Source: Tubulanus polymorphus | Lineage: Eukaryota > Animalia > Nemertea | Reading direction: 5' to 3' | Length of the DNA stretch: 64,000 nucleotides | Assembly (NCBI RefSeq): GCF_964204645.1 | Contig: NC_134031.1 | Location: 6,634,001-6,698,000 of the forward strand | Shown: positions 1 to 11,391 of the stretch, piece after piece | Position numbering within the stretch: position 1 is the first letter of the stretch | Layout of the letters: each line of letters starts with the position of its first letter | Notes under the pieces: model-generated | What the model saw: only the letters and a program-made list of their open reading frames with translations | Told to the model about the DNA's origin: nothing | Databases searched by the model: none | Translations under genes and position numbers: made by a program

Positions 1-647
1 AGTGGAACCCCTCTGTTTACTGTTATACTTGGTCCGTTTTCACCACATGGCTTAATGAAGATAAAGCGCCCCCTGGGAACATATTGGGGTATATACATCG
101 TAGCCGCGAAAAGATGTATGAAAATCAATATAGAATTGACGACTTTTCTTGACCAAAATATCCGGGATTTCAGCGGAAACATAACGATCATCAACCGTTC
201 AAAACTCAACAACATTACACACCAGTTACGAGTCAGAAGGAATATGTAATAGCCCCCGTTGGAAACCTTGATGAAAGCTTTTCCAAATGCCCAGTCGTCC
301 ATTCGAAAAAGAATGTTGCCTAAAAGCCGGTAAACATGGGCCGTTCTCGCAGGGTACATGATGAAAACAAACAGCGAGTAGAGCATATCGTTGATAGACA
401 CGGCTTTAATCAGGTAATATGAGCGGTTTCTCATTTTGTCCAAAATGATAATAGTGAAAGCATTTGAAACTATGCTTATGATTGCTGCCGGTGCATAGAA
501 ACAGATGTAAATGTAGACGCTGAACTGATATAACCATTGGATAGGTTTCAATCGCCATTTGTCACAGTCGGTAAGTTGGATCAGGCTCGTCGTCGTATTT
601 TGCATTTCTATTACGGCTTCGTGCGAGAGTGAACGCGGTGTCTGCAT
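1..647 (-). CDS. Rhodopsin-family (FMRFamide-receptor-like) GPCR, copy 1, 5' part; runs off the window
   Basis: Near-identical to 31741-32387 (offset 31740). ATG at 647 on the minus strand, and the frame is open to the window edge. Confidence 0.85.
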   Translation of the reverse strand, partial: MQTPRSLSHEAVIEMQNTTTSLIQLTDCDKWRLKPIQWLYQFSVYIYICFYAPAAIISIVSNAFTIIILDKMRNRSYYLIKAVSINDMLYSLFVFIMYPARTAHVYRLLGNILFRMDDWAFGKAFIKVSNGGYYIFLLTRNWCVMLLSFERLMIVMFPLKSRIFWSRKVVNSILIFIHLFAATMYIPQYVPRGRFIFIKPCGENGPSITVNRGVP

Positions 648-1129
648 TGAAAGATCTACTCGGTATATGGATGAAGGTGGCTGTCACCAGTGCGCGGTAC
701 GAACCAATCACTATTCTAAACTTAAACATCAATCACTCCGACTAGAGTAAATTGACATCATCGCTCATAGTTCATTCAGATCATCGAATAAATCTGCATC
801 TTTAATGATCCAAACCATTAAGCAAACTGCGAGAAGTAGGAACTTCCAATCGTAAACCATTTGACTGTTGCAAATTTCGGTTTATTTTATTTCGGTTTCT
901 CGATTACCATGGCAACCGTTCGTAGATATTTCAAAGAGAATTCAAAACATTTCTGGTTTTTCTCGCGCGGGAAAACCAAAATGTTTTGAATTCTCGCGCG
1001 AGAGAACCTAAAATGGGCCATTGCGAAAATTCCTCGTTGAGCCATACAGGAGATTCTCATGGCCCGAATCAGCCACCATACCTCAGGGGCTCCGTACATG
1101 GGTTATATACTTAATCACGTATCACCACA

Positions 1130-1564
1130 ATGGGTAAAGAATACAGGGGAAGTTTGGACCAAGCAAAATCTGGTAAAATGTGTCAGCCGTGGAATTCTCA
1201 ATCACCTCATCAACATGCCCACTACGATATGCTCCCCGACCGAGAAACAGCTTCGAATTACTGCAGGAATCCGGATGACGAACCTGAAGGGCCCTGGTGT
1301 TATACTATGGACCCCTATACACGTTGGGAATACTGCGATATAGGATTCTGTAAAGGAATGGCTCCTGAATGTGAAACTACCCAGAAAGGTCGTGAATATC
1401 AAGGCTTAGCGAATACAACTCGAAGCGGTTTGAAATGTCAGCGTTAGGACAGACAAACACCGCATAATCACACGAACTTCGAGTTGTTGGCCGATCGTTC
1501 TCACGCGGAGAATTACTTCAGGAACCCGGATAATGAACCGGAAGGACCCTGATGTTATACTGTG
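1130..1564 (+). pseudogene. Tandem kringle-domain fragment (plasminogen/apolipoprotein(a)-like kringles)
   Basis: Kringle motifs GKEYRG, CQPW, NYCRNPD..GPWCYT..RWEYC, then a second kringle with TAG (1445) and TGA (1550). Cut at 1564 by an AGTAAT element terminus. Confidence 0.85.
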
Positions 1565-1889
1565 AGTAATTGTATATATATATATTAAATTTAAAAAGTT
1601 AAATGAAATAACATTACATACGAAATATTTAATTACAAATATTGAAACAATTACTAATAGATATGGCAATGAATTAGTGATTTACTTAGAATATGAAGGG
1701 TTAAAAGGAAATAAACATAAATTCAGAACATATTTACCAGATAGATTTCATAGATTATCTAGTGAAGATATTGAAGAATTATGTTCTGGTGATTTCTATT
1801 TCATATACAAAGGTAAGAATGAAAAAGGATGTCATGATATAGATTTTGATTAATACAAAATCAATTTAAATAAAAAATTTGATATTAAA

Positions 1890-2637
1890 ATGGAAGCAAA
1901 TAAGAAGTACTACTGTCCAACATGTAAAATCAATATAGATAAATCTCAAAAAGCAAGACATAATAATACTAAATCTCACTTAGAGAATAAATTGAAATTA
2001 GAATATAAAAAATGATATATTAGAAACTAAATTAGAAGAATCAAAGAATGAAAAAGAAATATATAAATGTGATACATGTAATCAATCATTCAGTAACAAA
2101 AGATATTATAAAGAACATTTAAAATCTAAAACTCATATTAGAAATATTAACAATGATATTTTAGGGGAAGATTATTTTGATAAAGATATTAGAAAGAAAC
2201 AAAGCACGATTAAAAGAATAAAAAATAAATTAATCAATAAAAGACCAAACATGGAAGATGTTAGAAATTATATTAATTCATTAGATAATGTAAAGGCAAT
2301 AGAAATATCTGAAGCATTTAAAAGTGATATTGGACCAGCTGCTATTAGATTTAAATTTTATAAAGGCAAAACGTTAGAAAATATGAAAAATATTACAAAA
2401 ATAATAACTGACGTAGGATATTCCTAAAATTAGTATATCTGCTAAAGTTTAATTTATAAAATCTGAAGATAAACCAATATATGATATAAATTCTCATTCA
2501 CATAATATTATTTCAAAAGAACATATAGATGATAGATTAGATAAATGTTATAATGAAATAAAAGTAAAATAGAAGAGAGATATTTTGAAGGATCGGGTTT
2601 AATATTTGATGAAATAATATTTATGACTTTACATGTG
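1890..2637 (+). pseudogene. N-terminal zinc-finger region of a Polinton pPolB (truncated, frameshifted)
   Basis: MEANKKYYCPTC, CDTC..H, LGEDYFDK, MEDVRNYINSL, IGPAAI and RYFEGSGL align with 56165-56960. Confidence 0.75.
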
Positions 2638-3057
2638 AGTAATTGTATATATGTCGTTCTAGATCAAAGGTCGAACGGTCGAGCTCATAAAAAAAACAAA
2701 TATTAAAAGTAATTTAAAACTATAATATATTTTCATAGCCGTGTGTATTTTGTATTATAAATAAATATTTATTCTAAGATATTAATTATTTAAATTTTAA
2801 AAGCATATTGTGTTAAATCAATTGGTCACGTCACCTCGCTACGCTCCCAATTGATTTAGTTACAATACACAATAAAGAATATATTCATATAATCAAATAT
2901 ATTCTAATAATTATTGTTATTCTATTATTTAATCCATAATACACACGACCATGAAAAATATATTATAGTTTTAAATAACTTTTAATATTTGTTTTTTTTA
3001 ATGAGCCCAATCCCAATCTTTCAACCTTTGATCTAGAACGACATATATACGATTACT
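2638..3057. repeat. 420-bp imperfect palindrome (foldback element end), AGT...ACT
   Basis: AGTAATTGTATATATGTCGTTCTAGATCAAAGGT pairs with ACCTTTGATCTAGAACGACATATATACGATTACT, and the inner arms also pair. Confidence 0.9.
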
Positions 3058-3137
3058 ATAATATTTTTATATATGGATATTTTGAATATAAATAACATAT
3101 TAATGAAAACAATTTTGATAAAAAATTTGATATCAAA

Positions 3138-3478
3138 ATGGAGAGTAAACAAATACGCAGTGAATTCCTAGCTAGAATCAAAGATACTACAAACGTTAAA
3201 TCTGTTGATTATAAATTTAAAAAGTTAACAGAATTAACAATTTATATGAAATATTTAATTACAAATATTGGAACAATTACTAATAGGTACGGAGATAAAT
3301 TAGTTATCCACTTAGAATATGAAGGATAAAAAGGTTACAAATATACATTCAGAACATATTTACCAGATAGATTTCATAGAATATCTAGTGAGGATATTGA
3401 AGATTTATGTTCTGGTGTTTTTTATTTCATATATAAAGGTAAGAATGAAAAAGGGCACCATGATATAGATTCCGAATA
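3138..3478 (+). pseudogene. Element small ORF X (~113 aa, one in-frame stop), function unknown
   Basis: MESKQ...YEG*KGYKYTFRTYLPDRF...FYFIYKGKNEKG. Homologues at about 1590-1853, 22200-22560 (-) and 34073-34413. Confidence 0.6.
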
Positions 3479-3496
3479 AAAAAATACGTAAAATAA

Positions 3497-3913
3497 ATGG
3501 TAGAATTAAAAGAATATAGAATATTTGTTGATTATAGAAAACTTACAAATTATATATCAAATAATTTACTAGTACAATTAGGACTTACACCAAATAAAAC
3601 TTGTACAAATGTTGATTCTACACCAAATATTATGCCTTTTCACACAATTTTATATTTATTGCAATTTAATTGATCCTAGAAAAATATTTGAAGCAACTAA
3701 AGATAAAATTTGTAATTCTCGTTTATTGAATATTTTACCATTGAAGAATATTAAAGAATTTGGAATGCAAATCAATTATAATTTAACTGAATGTGATTTT
3801 AAACCTTGTATTCCACAATTTGATAATTTTAGATTAGAAGTCATAATGGTTACTTAATTGATTTAAATAATTTTCCCGTAATTTATGAATTAGTTATAAG
3901 ATGTAAAGAGTAA
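3497..3913 (+). pseudogene. Minor capsid protein remnant with an internal deletion
   Basis: Homologous to 62533-63291; lacks about 330 bp that are present at 34510-34840. Confidence 0.8.
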
Positions 3914-3930
3914 TTTTTTGATATATAGAT

Positions 3931-4284
3931 ATGAACATAACGGTAGGCCCGAGTATATGTTTTGGATTTGATTTTAAACGTGAGAAAGAAATGAAATTTA
4001 ACATTAATGATGTAATAATTCATATCAAAAATATTGCATTTTTTGATGAAACAACATTTGAATATGAAATAAATAAAGAAACTTATAATGTAAAAAAGAT
4101 TCCTGATTTGATTAGAAATTCTTTAAGATCTTATGAATTAGATGAAGATTTCATTATCGATGATATTAAAAGAATAATAACTGAAATATATAAAAATGAA
4201 ACAAATAATATTATAAATGTTGAAATGATTATAAATAAGATAACTAAATATTTTGAAGAAGGTGATTTTTTGATAAATAAATGA
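3931..4284 (+). CDS. Element hypothetical protein (homologue of 63308-63649)
   Basis: Shared N-terminus MNITVGPSICFGFDFK and C-terminal INVE.II.KITKYF. Confidence 0.65.
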   Translation: MNITVGPSICFGFDFKREKEMKFNINDVIIHIKNIAFFDETTFEYEINKETYNVKKIPDLIRNSLRSYELDEDFIIDDIKRIITEIYKNETNNIINVEMIINKITKYFEEGDFLINK

Positions 4285-4637
4285 GTGATAATAAGTGGAT
4301 AATAACTGGTTTATATAATGGAGCATTACTATCAGTTGGAATAGTTGTTTATACAATTTTATTGAAGAAAGCATTCAAAATGGGAAATATTAATGTTGAT
4401 AGATTTGATATAAATGATATTTTAAAATTAACATAAGCAGTAACCTTATCTAATTTAACTATTGATTATTTGGGAAATCAAAAATATATTCCTCCTATAA
4501 ACGCATAATTTTTGTTAAATGAATGGCATCTGCATTTATAACTATTATAGGATCGGCAATTGTTAACGCTTTAGCATTTACTGGCGGGGGATATTTATTT
4601 AAGCATATTGATAAGAATGGTTCACTATCAGAACAAA

Positions 4638-4880
4638 GACAGCTGCAAATCCTTCATATGAGAGGTGAACATCGTCCATAAATAAATGACGCTGTAGATA
4701 ACCCTTTCTTATAAGGTTGTCATTAACAAAGAACAGAATGTTGGCTTCACAGATATCAGCCAAATGTCTTCGAACGCTTATGTTAAAATCAATAATCTTA
4801 TCATCCATGATACGATCAAGACTAGGTATCAAACCAGAGATCATAATCCGAGCGCCGGAGTTTCGGGCCAAATCATACGC
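4638..4880 (-). mobile_element. Fragment of LINE-A ORF1 (SGNH esterase region)
   Basis: Reverse complement of about 16370-16612 (ARNSGARIMISGL...DDVHLSYEG). Confidence 0.85.
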
Positions 4881-4884
4881 TATA

Positions 4885-5503
4885 GCTCCATTCCTTTATT
4901 TCAGCTATATAAATACACACCTAACCTATTGCCTTTCCTTATGGGGACCACTTATATACAAAGAACATTTGAAAACAATTAATAAACTGCATAGGAAAGC
5001 TATCCGAACATTAGGTGCTATATTTAATACACCTACATCTCCCATTTTCCAGAAATATAAAAATACTAAAATGCGAAGATTTGATAACCTTAGAACTTCT
5101 CAAACTGGTTCACGGAGCAATTAACAATGCTCTTCCACAGCCGATAATGATTTTATTTGATAAAAATTCATTTAATCATCAATACAATATACTAGATCAA
5201 GGAATTTTCCCAGAATACAATTACATAAATTCCATATACTGAATTCATCTTTTCTTCGCAAAGCACCGTCATTGTGGCAAGCTCAATCGCACGTAATAAA
5301 ATCCGCCCATCAATTATTTCATTGAAAAGCAGGTTTAAAAAGCAAACATATAGTACATATTGATCATAACGAAATTCATTTCAGCATAAGCATTTTTTCG
5401 ATTCATCTATCTTCCATCTGCTCAATGGCAATGAAAGGCTTATTCCAGTAAATTATAATTATAATTACGGTTGTAATTATTATGATAATAATAATAATAA
5501 TTA

Positions 5504-5546
<43 letters not shown>

Positions 5547-5710
5547 TATATACGTTCTACGATCTTATCTGTAAATTTACTCAATCTATTGACTCAGCAG
5601 GTGCTTAAGATGAGTTCTTAATAGGACAGATCCGTGGTGATAATACAGGATCATGATGTTTGAATGCCAAAATAAATGCCTGGTCGAATAAATTCATATT
5701 TGTTGATTGT
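4885..5710 (+). mobile_element. CR1/L2-group LINE 3' fragment with ATT-rich microsatellite UTR
   Basis: YFSYINTHLTYCLSLWG..RKAIR post-RT motif; inverted copy of about 36145-36965. Confidence 0.75.
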
Positions 5711-5772
5711 AAGTCCGCGTATGTTCGGTTTCAAAGCTGAATCACATTTGACGTTTACACAGTGGTTGCATA

Positions 5773-6870
5773 TTAGGATTCATTACTGCTGCATGTTGTC
5801 AGTAACTCGAAGCTGCATGCAAACATATTTTTACTACAGCTGCATACAAACGAATTTGACCTTCGAACTCACTCGAAATTGCTAATCAAAGTCAATCAGT
5901 GATCCAGGCTCATGCGTCTAACACAGAACCCTCAACAGGTTATGGGCCCAGGCCCGAGCCTGGTCGATATGCAAGACTTTGTTTCAGTGGAGAAGAAAAA
6001 GATTTTGAACTCTGGGAGATTAGGATAATGGGTTATCTCGAGGTACAAAACTTGAAAGACGTCGTTGAAGGAAAAGTTGTGAACGATGATAAAAATGAAG
6101 AGAGACATTTGCCGAGATTATACAATACTTAGACGACAAGAGCTTATCGCTAGTAATCCGGGATGGTAAGGACAATGGCGAAAAGACTATGGATATTTTA
6201 CGTCAGCATTACAAAGGTAAGGAAAAACCGACAATTATTTCCCTTTACACGGAACTTACGTCTTTGTAAAAACGAATTCATAGTCAATAACTGACTATGT
6301 CGTTAGGGCTGAAAAAGCAGCTACAGCCCTGCGGGAAGCTGACGAGACTATTTCTGACAGTTTGCTTATAGCAATGGTATTAAAAGGGTTGCCGGTATCG
6401 TATAAGCCCTTTGTAGTTGTAATAACTCAAAACGAGAAGGCACAAGAATTCTCCGATTTCAAACAAGCTTTGAGAAGCTATGAAGAAACCGCGAAAGCCA
6501 CCCAGAATTCGCGTGAAGCTAAGACAGCGTTATGAAAATGCGCAATCCGGTGTTAGATAGAAACCGTGACCAGAGTTCCGTGTTTGCGTCAGGTGTCAGA
6601 ACACTAGCCATATTGCAAAATATTGTGGCCAGAAGAGTGACTCGAATAGTAGTGCGCGAAAATGGTGTAAATTATGTAGAAGCCCGACACACAAATTCCC
6701 AGATTGTCGGAAGAGAACTAAGGATAAAGTTAAAGCCGTCGAAGGTGGTACAGAATTCGTATTCTGCACATCGGAAAATAGTGTACCTTCAGCGGATAGA
6801 TTATTGTTGGTGGATTGAGTGGCTACAGAGCCCACATAGTTACGCAGAAACAGTGGTTTCATAGGGAGTT
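5773..6870 (+). mobile_element. Ty1/copia remnant: LTR (to 5937), PBS, degenerate gag
   Basis: ...CTCAACA followed by GGTTATGGGCCCAG (copia-type tRNAiMet PBS) at 5938. Gag motifs FSGEEKDFELWEIRIMGYL and LIAMVLKGLP..YKPF, plus Cys/His knuckle remnants. Confidence 0.85.
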
Positions 6871-6974
6871 TGATGATTCATTTAAATCTCCCGAAAATCA
6901 TTGTATCGAGTTAGCGGTTTCTTCAAAACGCAGAAATGCAGAAACGCAGAAATTGGTGTGTTGATTTTACGGGA

Positions 6975-7480
6975 CAAAGAATTGACAAAGATCTAGAAAA
7001 ACTAACTGAATTTTGTCATACTGGTGGGCTGGAGGTATTTCATGGCACTGTTTTACAGTATAGACCAAAACGACTTCATTACAAAATAGAGGGAATGGAG
7101 GCAAGGACTGCTCTAGCTGTAATGACCCATAATGCAAATACCAACAGAGGACATGCAACCGTTTTGGATTCAAAAAAATATTCCGGTGCGAAGGGAGAAT
7201 TGAGGTACAAAGTCGAGTACACCAAGCAAAACAAGAGTGGATCGCAAAACCAATTTTCGAGAGTGTCTATGACGACCATGTTTATGACATGCTGATTGAT
7301 GTCCTCAAACTGGAGGGAGGGTCATTACAGCTAGAGGAGTGCTTCCCACGTTCCCTTTCTAAAAACATTGCCAAAACTCCAAATCCGGGTAAGGCATTTG
7401 TTGTTAAAAATTTGACCACACCACCTGTACGTTCATTTGAAACGCCCCTCCATTCAACCAACGAATTGCATGATTATGCT
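6975..7480 (+). pseudogene. Putative DNA-transposon transposase C-terminal fragment
   Basis: CHTGGLEVFH..LQYRPKRLHY..GMEARTALAVMTHNAN resembles C-termini of invertebrate transposase-like proteins. Family assignment is uncertain. Confidence 0.4.
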
Positions 7481-7781
7481 TAAATTAAGGGACTTAGATT
7501 GAAAATTGCCGAGATCGCTCGGCGATGATATTAGGATTCTGTATCTAGGGTTTTCTGACTTTCGTCGAAAACCCTCTTGTAATTCTGTTGATTATTATTA
7601 TTATTTACATATTTTCCACTTTTTTTCATCACACAAAATTCATCTTCTCTTGGATTCGACAACTAACAGCTACTAAACGGAATGTTGAATTCTGATAGAA
7701 ATATAACAGACTTTCTCTCCGCGTAGATTCTATCAATGCACTCTCCATCCTATTCTAAACTTAAAATTATTTTCAGACAGC

Positions 7782-8700
7782 AGTGATAGGGTAAGTGTTT
7801 TTTTTCAGATCAAAGGTCGAAAGGTCGAGCCCACTCTCCCTTTCAACCTTTAATCTGAAAAAAAAACACTTACTCTATTACTCTAATAATTTTATATAAA
7901 TGAACATTATTTATATGAATTTCATAGATTTCGAATAAAAGTGTGAGTAAAGTGTGAGATTTATATGAATACCATATAAATGAACATTATTTATATAGAT
8001 TTCGAATTAGAAATATGTAAAATAAATGGACAATTAAAAAGTAACGAGTAATTAACGAGTTGAAGAAAATATCAATTTTAATAAAAAGATTACTAATAAA
8101 TATGAATGAACAGATACTACAATTCAAAGATATCGATTTACATGAATTAGAAAAATATTTTACAATTAAAAATTTTATTCCTATTCAAGATTTGATTAAA
8201 ACTGCACGTTTTCGTTTTCAAATGAATAATATTACGGAATTAATGTTTAAAAACTATTATCTAATGATAGAGTTATCAAATGAAAAAGATAAAATCTTAT
8301 TCAATACAATAGATTCCAAAATTCACAACATTTGATGAAATAGATCAACATTTAATAATTACAGATGAAATACAATCACTTTTCAATAATGAAAATTCAC
8401 ATAAAACATTATTTTTACACTTACGTTATTGCCCTTTCAGAGAATGCTATGTAATGTTTTCAGATTACAAGAAAAAAGATTTATCCTAGACATTCCATAT
8501 GAAAAATCATTCAAAGATGTAGGAATTCAATGTAATTTAGACAATAGAATCGAAACACCTAAATATGAACCTAATGAAAAAGCGTTATGTAATTGTGGAA
8601 AATATTATACTCGAAGCAATAAATCACACATCTTAAATCGAAATATCATAACTCAAAAATAATAATTCAACTCTAAATATTAAAAATAAGATATTTCAAA
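7782..8700 (+). mobile_element. Polinton-related remnant: 101-bp hairpin end (7782-7882) plus a frameshifted ORF with a C-terminal CxCG..H..H zinc finger
   Basis: AGTGATAGGGTAAGTGTTT...CAGATCAAAGG pairs with CCTTTAATCTG...AAACACTTACTCTATTACT. ORF 8060-8662 is homologous to 10496-11092. Confidence 0.75.
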
Positions 8701-8737
8701 TTAATTAATTAATAATAATAATAATTAATAATAATTG

Positions 8738-8769
<32 letters not shown>

Positions 8770-9180
8770 GATTAATTTCTCATATAGCGCGTAACTAAAA
8801 TAATAATCTATGCGCTGTACAAAGGGTTAATACATTTACATAAAATCAAGAACTTAAAAAGCATATGATAATACAGCAGGAGCAAAGACACAGTAAAATA
8901 GCTTAAAACATATAAGTCCTTTTAAAAAGGTGCGTTTTTAAATTTGACTTAAAACATTGCACTGATGGACTAAGCCTTACAGAGACAGGCAGGGCATTCC
9001 AAAGAGCTGGAGCAGCTAAACTAAAAGCTCTCTTACAGCTGGATTTATTGCTAAAAGGAATGTTCAAACGACTAGTATCTTGGCTGGAACGAAGTGACCT
9101 ACTCGGTACATGCAAGGATATAAGTGACTGCAAATATGGTGGTGCCAGATTATTTAGACATTTATAGACTAGCAATGTAA
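8700..9180 (-). mobile_element. L2-like LINE 3' end with (ATT/CAT)n tail
   Basis: LVYKCLNNLAPPYL...RSLRS...RAFSLAAPALWNALP...FKSNLKTHLF, with a trinucleotide tail at 8700-8772. Confidence 0.85.
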
Positions 9181-9544
9181 CTCATGTACGAGAACAAGAT
9201 CCTCTTTATGTATTTTTGCTCTTACGTATAAGACGTCTAATGTGTTGGGTCATCCAGGGCAGCTGGGGGCGGGTTCCCAGGGTTTTCATTGGGATAAACT
9301 TTGCCGATACCCTCCTGATTTCTGCTGCGAGGTCAGACCAATTACGTTCGACTACATTCAGAGAGAAAAGAAACAACAGAAAAGTATCTGGTGCTCGATG
9401 TTTTCTCCAGACAGCTTTTTGAAATGTGTATGCCTTTATTACATTATTGCATACAAGTTGGTCAATTCGTTTGCAAAGACCGCAGTAATCATTTAGTCTG
9501 AGATGAAAATAGTGATTGGGTGTAAGTTGAATTTGGTAAGACCT

Positions 9545-9677
9545 ACCTATACAGAGGGGTAAGTTACAGTACTCCCACCGTTTTGCAGGATCCACAGTAT
9601 AACATCAGGGTCCTTCCGGTTCATTATCCGGGTTCCTGCAGTAATTCTCCGCGTGAGAACGATCAGCCAACAACTCG
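9545..9677 (-). pseudogene. Kringle fragment (C-terminal half of the second kringle)
   Basis: [32 protein letters not shown]; overlaps the copies at 1480-1564 and 22793-22877. Confidence 0.8.
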
Positions 9678-9926
9678 CGAAACTCATAAAAAATGAAAAA
9701 TAATTCTCGCACGCTCGAATTTATTTTTCATTTTTTATGAGTTTCACTCCTAATTCAAGTAGAAATTATCATTATTTTAATATTTTTCATTTTTTTACTC
9801 ACTCGCCCTTTCAACCTTTAACCTGAACCCCTATTTCCCCTATTACTCTTAAAATATTCATATATATGAATAACATATAAATGAATAACTTCTTAAATCA
9901 ATTTAAAAAAAAAAATTAGTATTAAA

Positions 9927-10193
9927 ATGGAAGCAAATAAGTACTACTGTTCAACATGTAGAATCAATATAGAAAAATCTCAAAAAGCAAGACACAATAA
10001 AACTAAAACACATTTAGAGAATAAATTGAAATTAGAATATAAAGATGATATATTAGAAACTAAATTAGATGAATTAAAGAATGAAAAAGAAACATACAAA
10101 TGTGATACATGTAATCAATCATTCAGTGATAAAACATATTATAAAGAACATTTGAAATCTAAAAGTCATATTAGAAATAAGAATAATGAGTGA
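9927..10193 (+). CDS. Truncated pPolB N-terminal double zinc-finger ORF
   Basis: CSTC..H..H and CDTC..H..H; homologous to 56165-56527. Confidence 0.6.
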   Translation: MEANKYYCSTCRINIEKSQKARHNKTKTHLENKLKLEYKDDILETKLDELKNEKETYKCDTCNQSFSDKTYYKEHLKSKSHIRNKNNE

Positions 10194-10495
10194 AATAATA
10201 TAAAAAGAAACGAGTAATTAACGAGTGAGATAATTCATATTTAAAACAGTGAATATTTATATTTATGTGCGTTAAATTCTTATTTCTTAACATAAAAAGT
10301 AACGAGTAATTAACGAGTGAAATAATTCACGTTTTAAACATTGAATATTTATATTTGAATGAGTTTTAATAAAAATTTTGTTATAAAAAGTAACGAGTAA
10401 TTAACTAGTGAAATAATTCATATTTAAAACAGTGAATATTTATATTTATATGCGTTAAATTCTTATTTTATGTTTAAAAATAACGAGTAATTAAC

Positions 10496-11092
10496 GTGTT
10501 GATGAAAATATCAATTTTAATAAAAAAACTGCTTATAAATATGAATGAACAGATACTACATTTCAAAGATATCGATTTAAATGAATTAGAAAAATATTTT
10601 ACAATTAAAAATTTCATTCCTATTAAAGATTTGATTAAAACTGCACGTCTTCGTTTTCAAGTGAAAAATATTACTGAAGTAGTGTTTAAAAATCATTATC
10701 TGATAATAGAGTTATCGAATGCTAAAGATAAATTCTTATTCAATACAATAATTCCAAAATTCACAACATTTGATGGAATAGATAAACATTTAATAATTAC
10801 AGATGAAATGCAATCACTTTTTAATAATGAAAATTCACATTAAACATTATTCATACACTTACGTTACTGCCCTTTCAGAGAATGCTATGTAATGTTTTTC
10901 AGAGAAGAAAAAAGATTTATCCCTGACATTCCAAATGAAAAATCATATAAAGATATTGGAATTCAATGTAATTTAGATGATGAAATTGTTGCGCCTAAAT
11001 ATAATCCTAATGAAAGCGTTTTATGTAATTGTGGAAAATATTATACTCGAAGCAATAAATCACACCATCTTAAATCAAAATATCATAACTAA
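10496..11092 (+). pseudogene. Element hypothetical protein with C-terminal zinc finger (disrupted)
   Basis: Two ORF pieces, ending CNCGKYYTRSNKSHHLKSKYH; paralogue of 8060-8662. Confidence 0.55.
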
Positions 11093-11172
11093 AAAGTAAT
11101 AATTCAACTCTAAATATTCAAAATAAGATATTTCAGAGTACTTATCAATTTAATAATTTTTTTCTTAAATAA

Positions 11173-11391
11173 ATGGATGGTTTCATTCCAACTGGGAAAA
11201 GTGATTTGAAGCATTATCTTGTAGCAGGAGGATTAATTTTGGCTGCATTATATTTTTACTATGAAAATATTTCAAAAGATTTGATGAATGAAAATAATAA
11301 ATTGAGTAAAAAATTAAAGAAGTTAAATGGAAACAATCACAGAAATATAAAGAATAAAAAAGTTAATTTAGAAAATGATTTAGAGGATTAA
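11173..11391 (+). CDS. Small single-TM element protein
   Basis: TAAATG start, hydrophobic YLVAGGLILAALYFYY, then a charged tail. Confidence 0.45.
   Translation: MDGFIPTGKSDLKHYLVAGGLILAALYFYYENISKDLMNENNKLSKKLKKLNGNNHRNIKNKKVNLENDLED

Larger units (their letters stand above)
1565..4635 (+). mobile_element. Degenerate Polinton/adintovirus-related remnant: small ORF X, pPolB N-terminus, foldback end, ORF X, minor capsid, three small ORFs
   Basis: Starts AGTAATTGTA like 56087. Translations match ORFs at 56165-57000 and 62533-64000 (MVELKEYRIFVD, MNITVGPSICFGFDFK, MSDNKWIITG, MASAFITIIGSAIVNALAF). Many frameshifts. Confidence 0.85.

Noticed and set aside
1559-1572. GTGAGT splice donor after the kringle exon
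   Set aside because: The 9.6-kb copy continues ACTGTGGATCC in frame, so the GTGAGT is created by the AGTAAT element terminus.
10185-10500. CRISPR-like repeat-spacer array
   Set aside because: The spacers are themselves repeated, the context is eukaryotic, and there are no cas genes.
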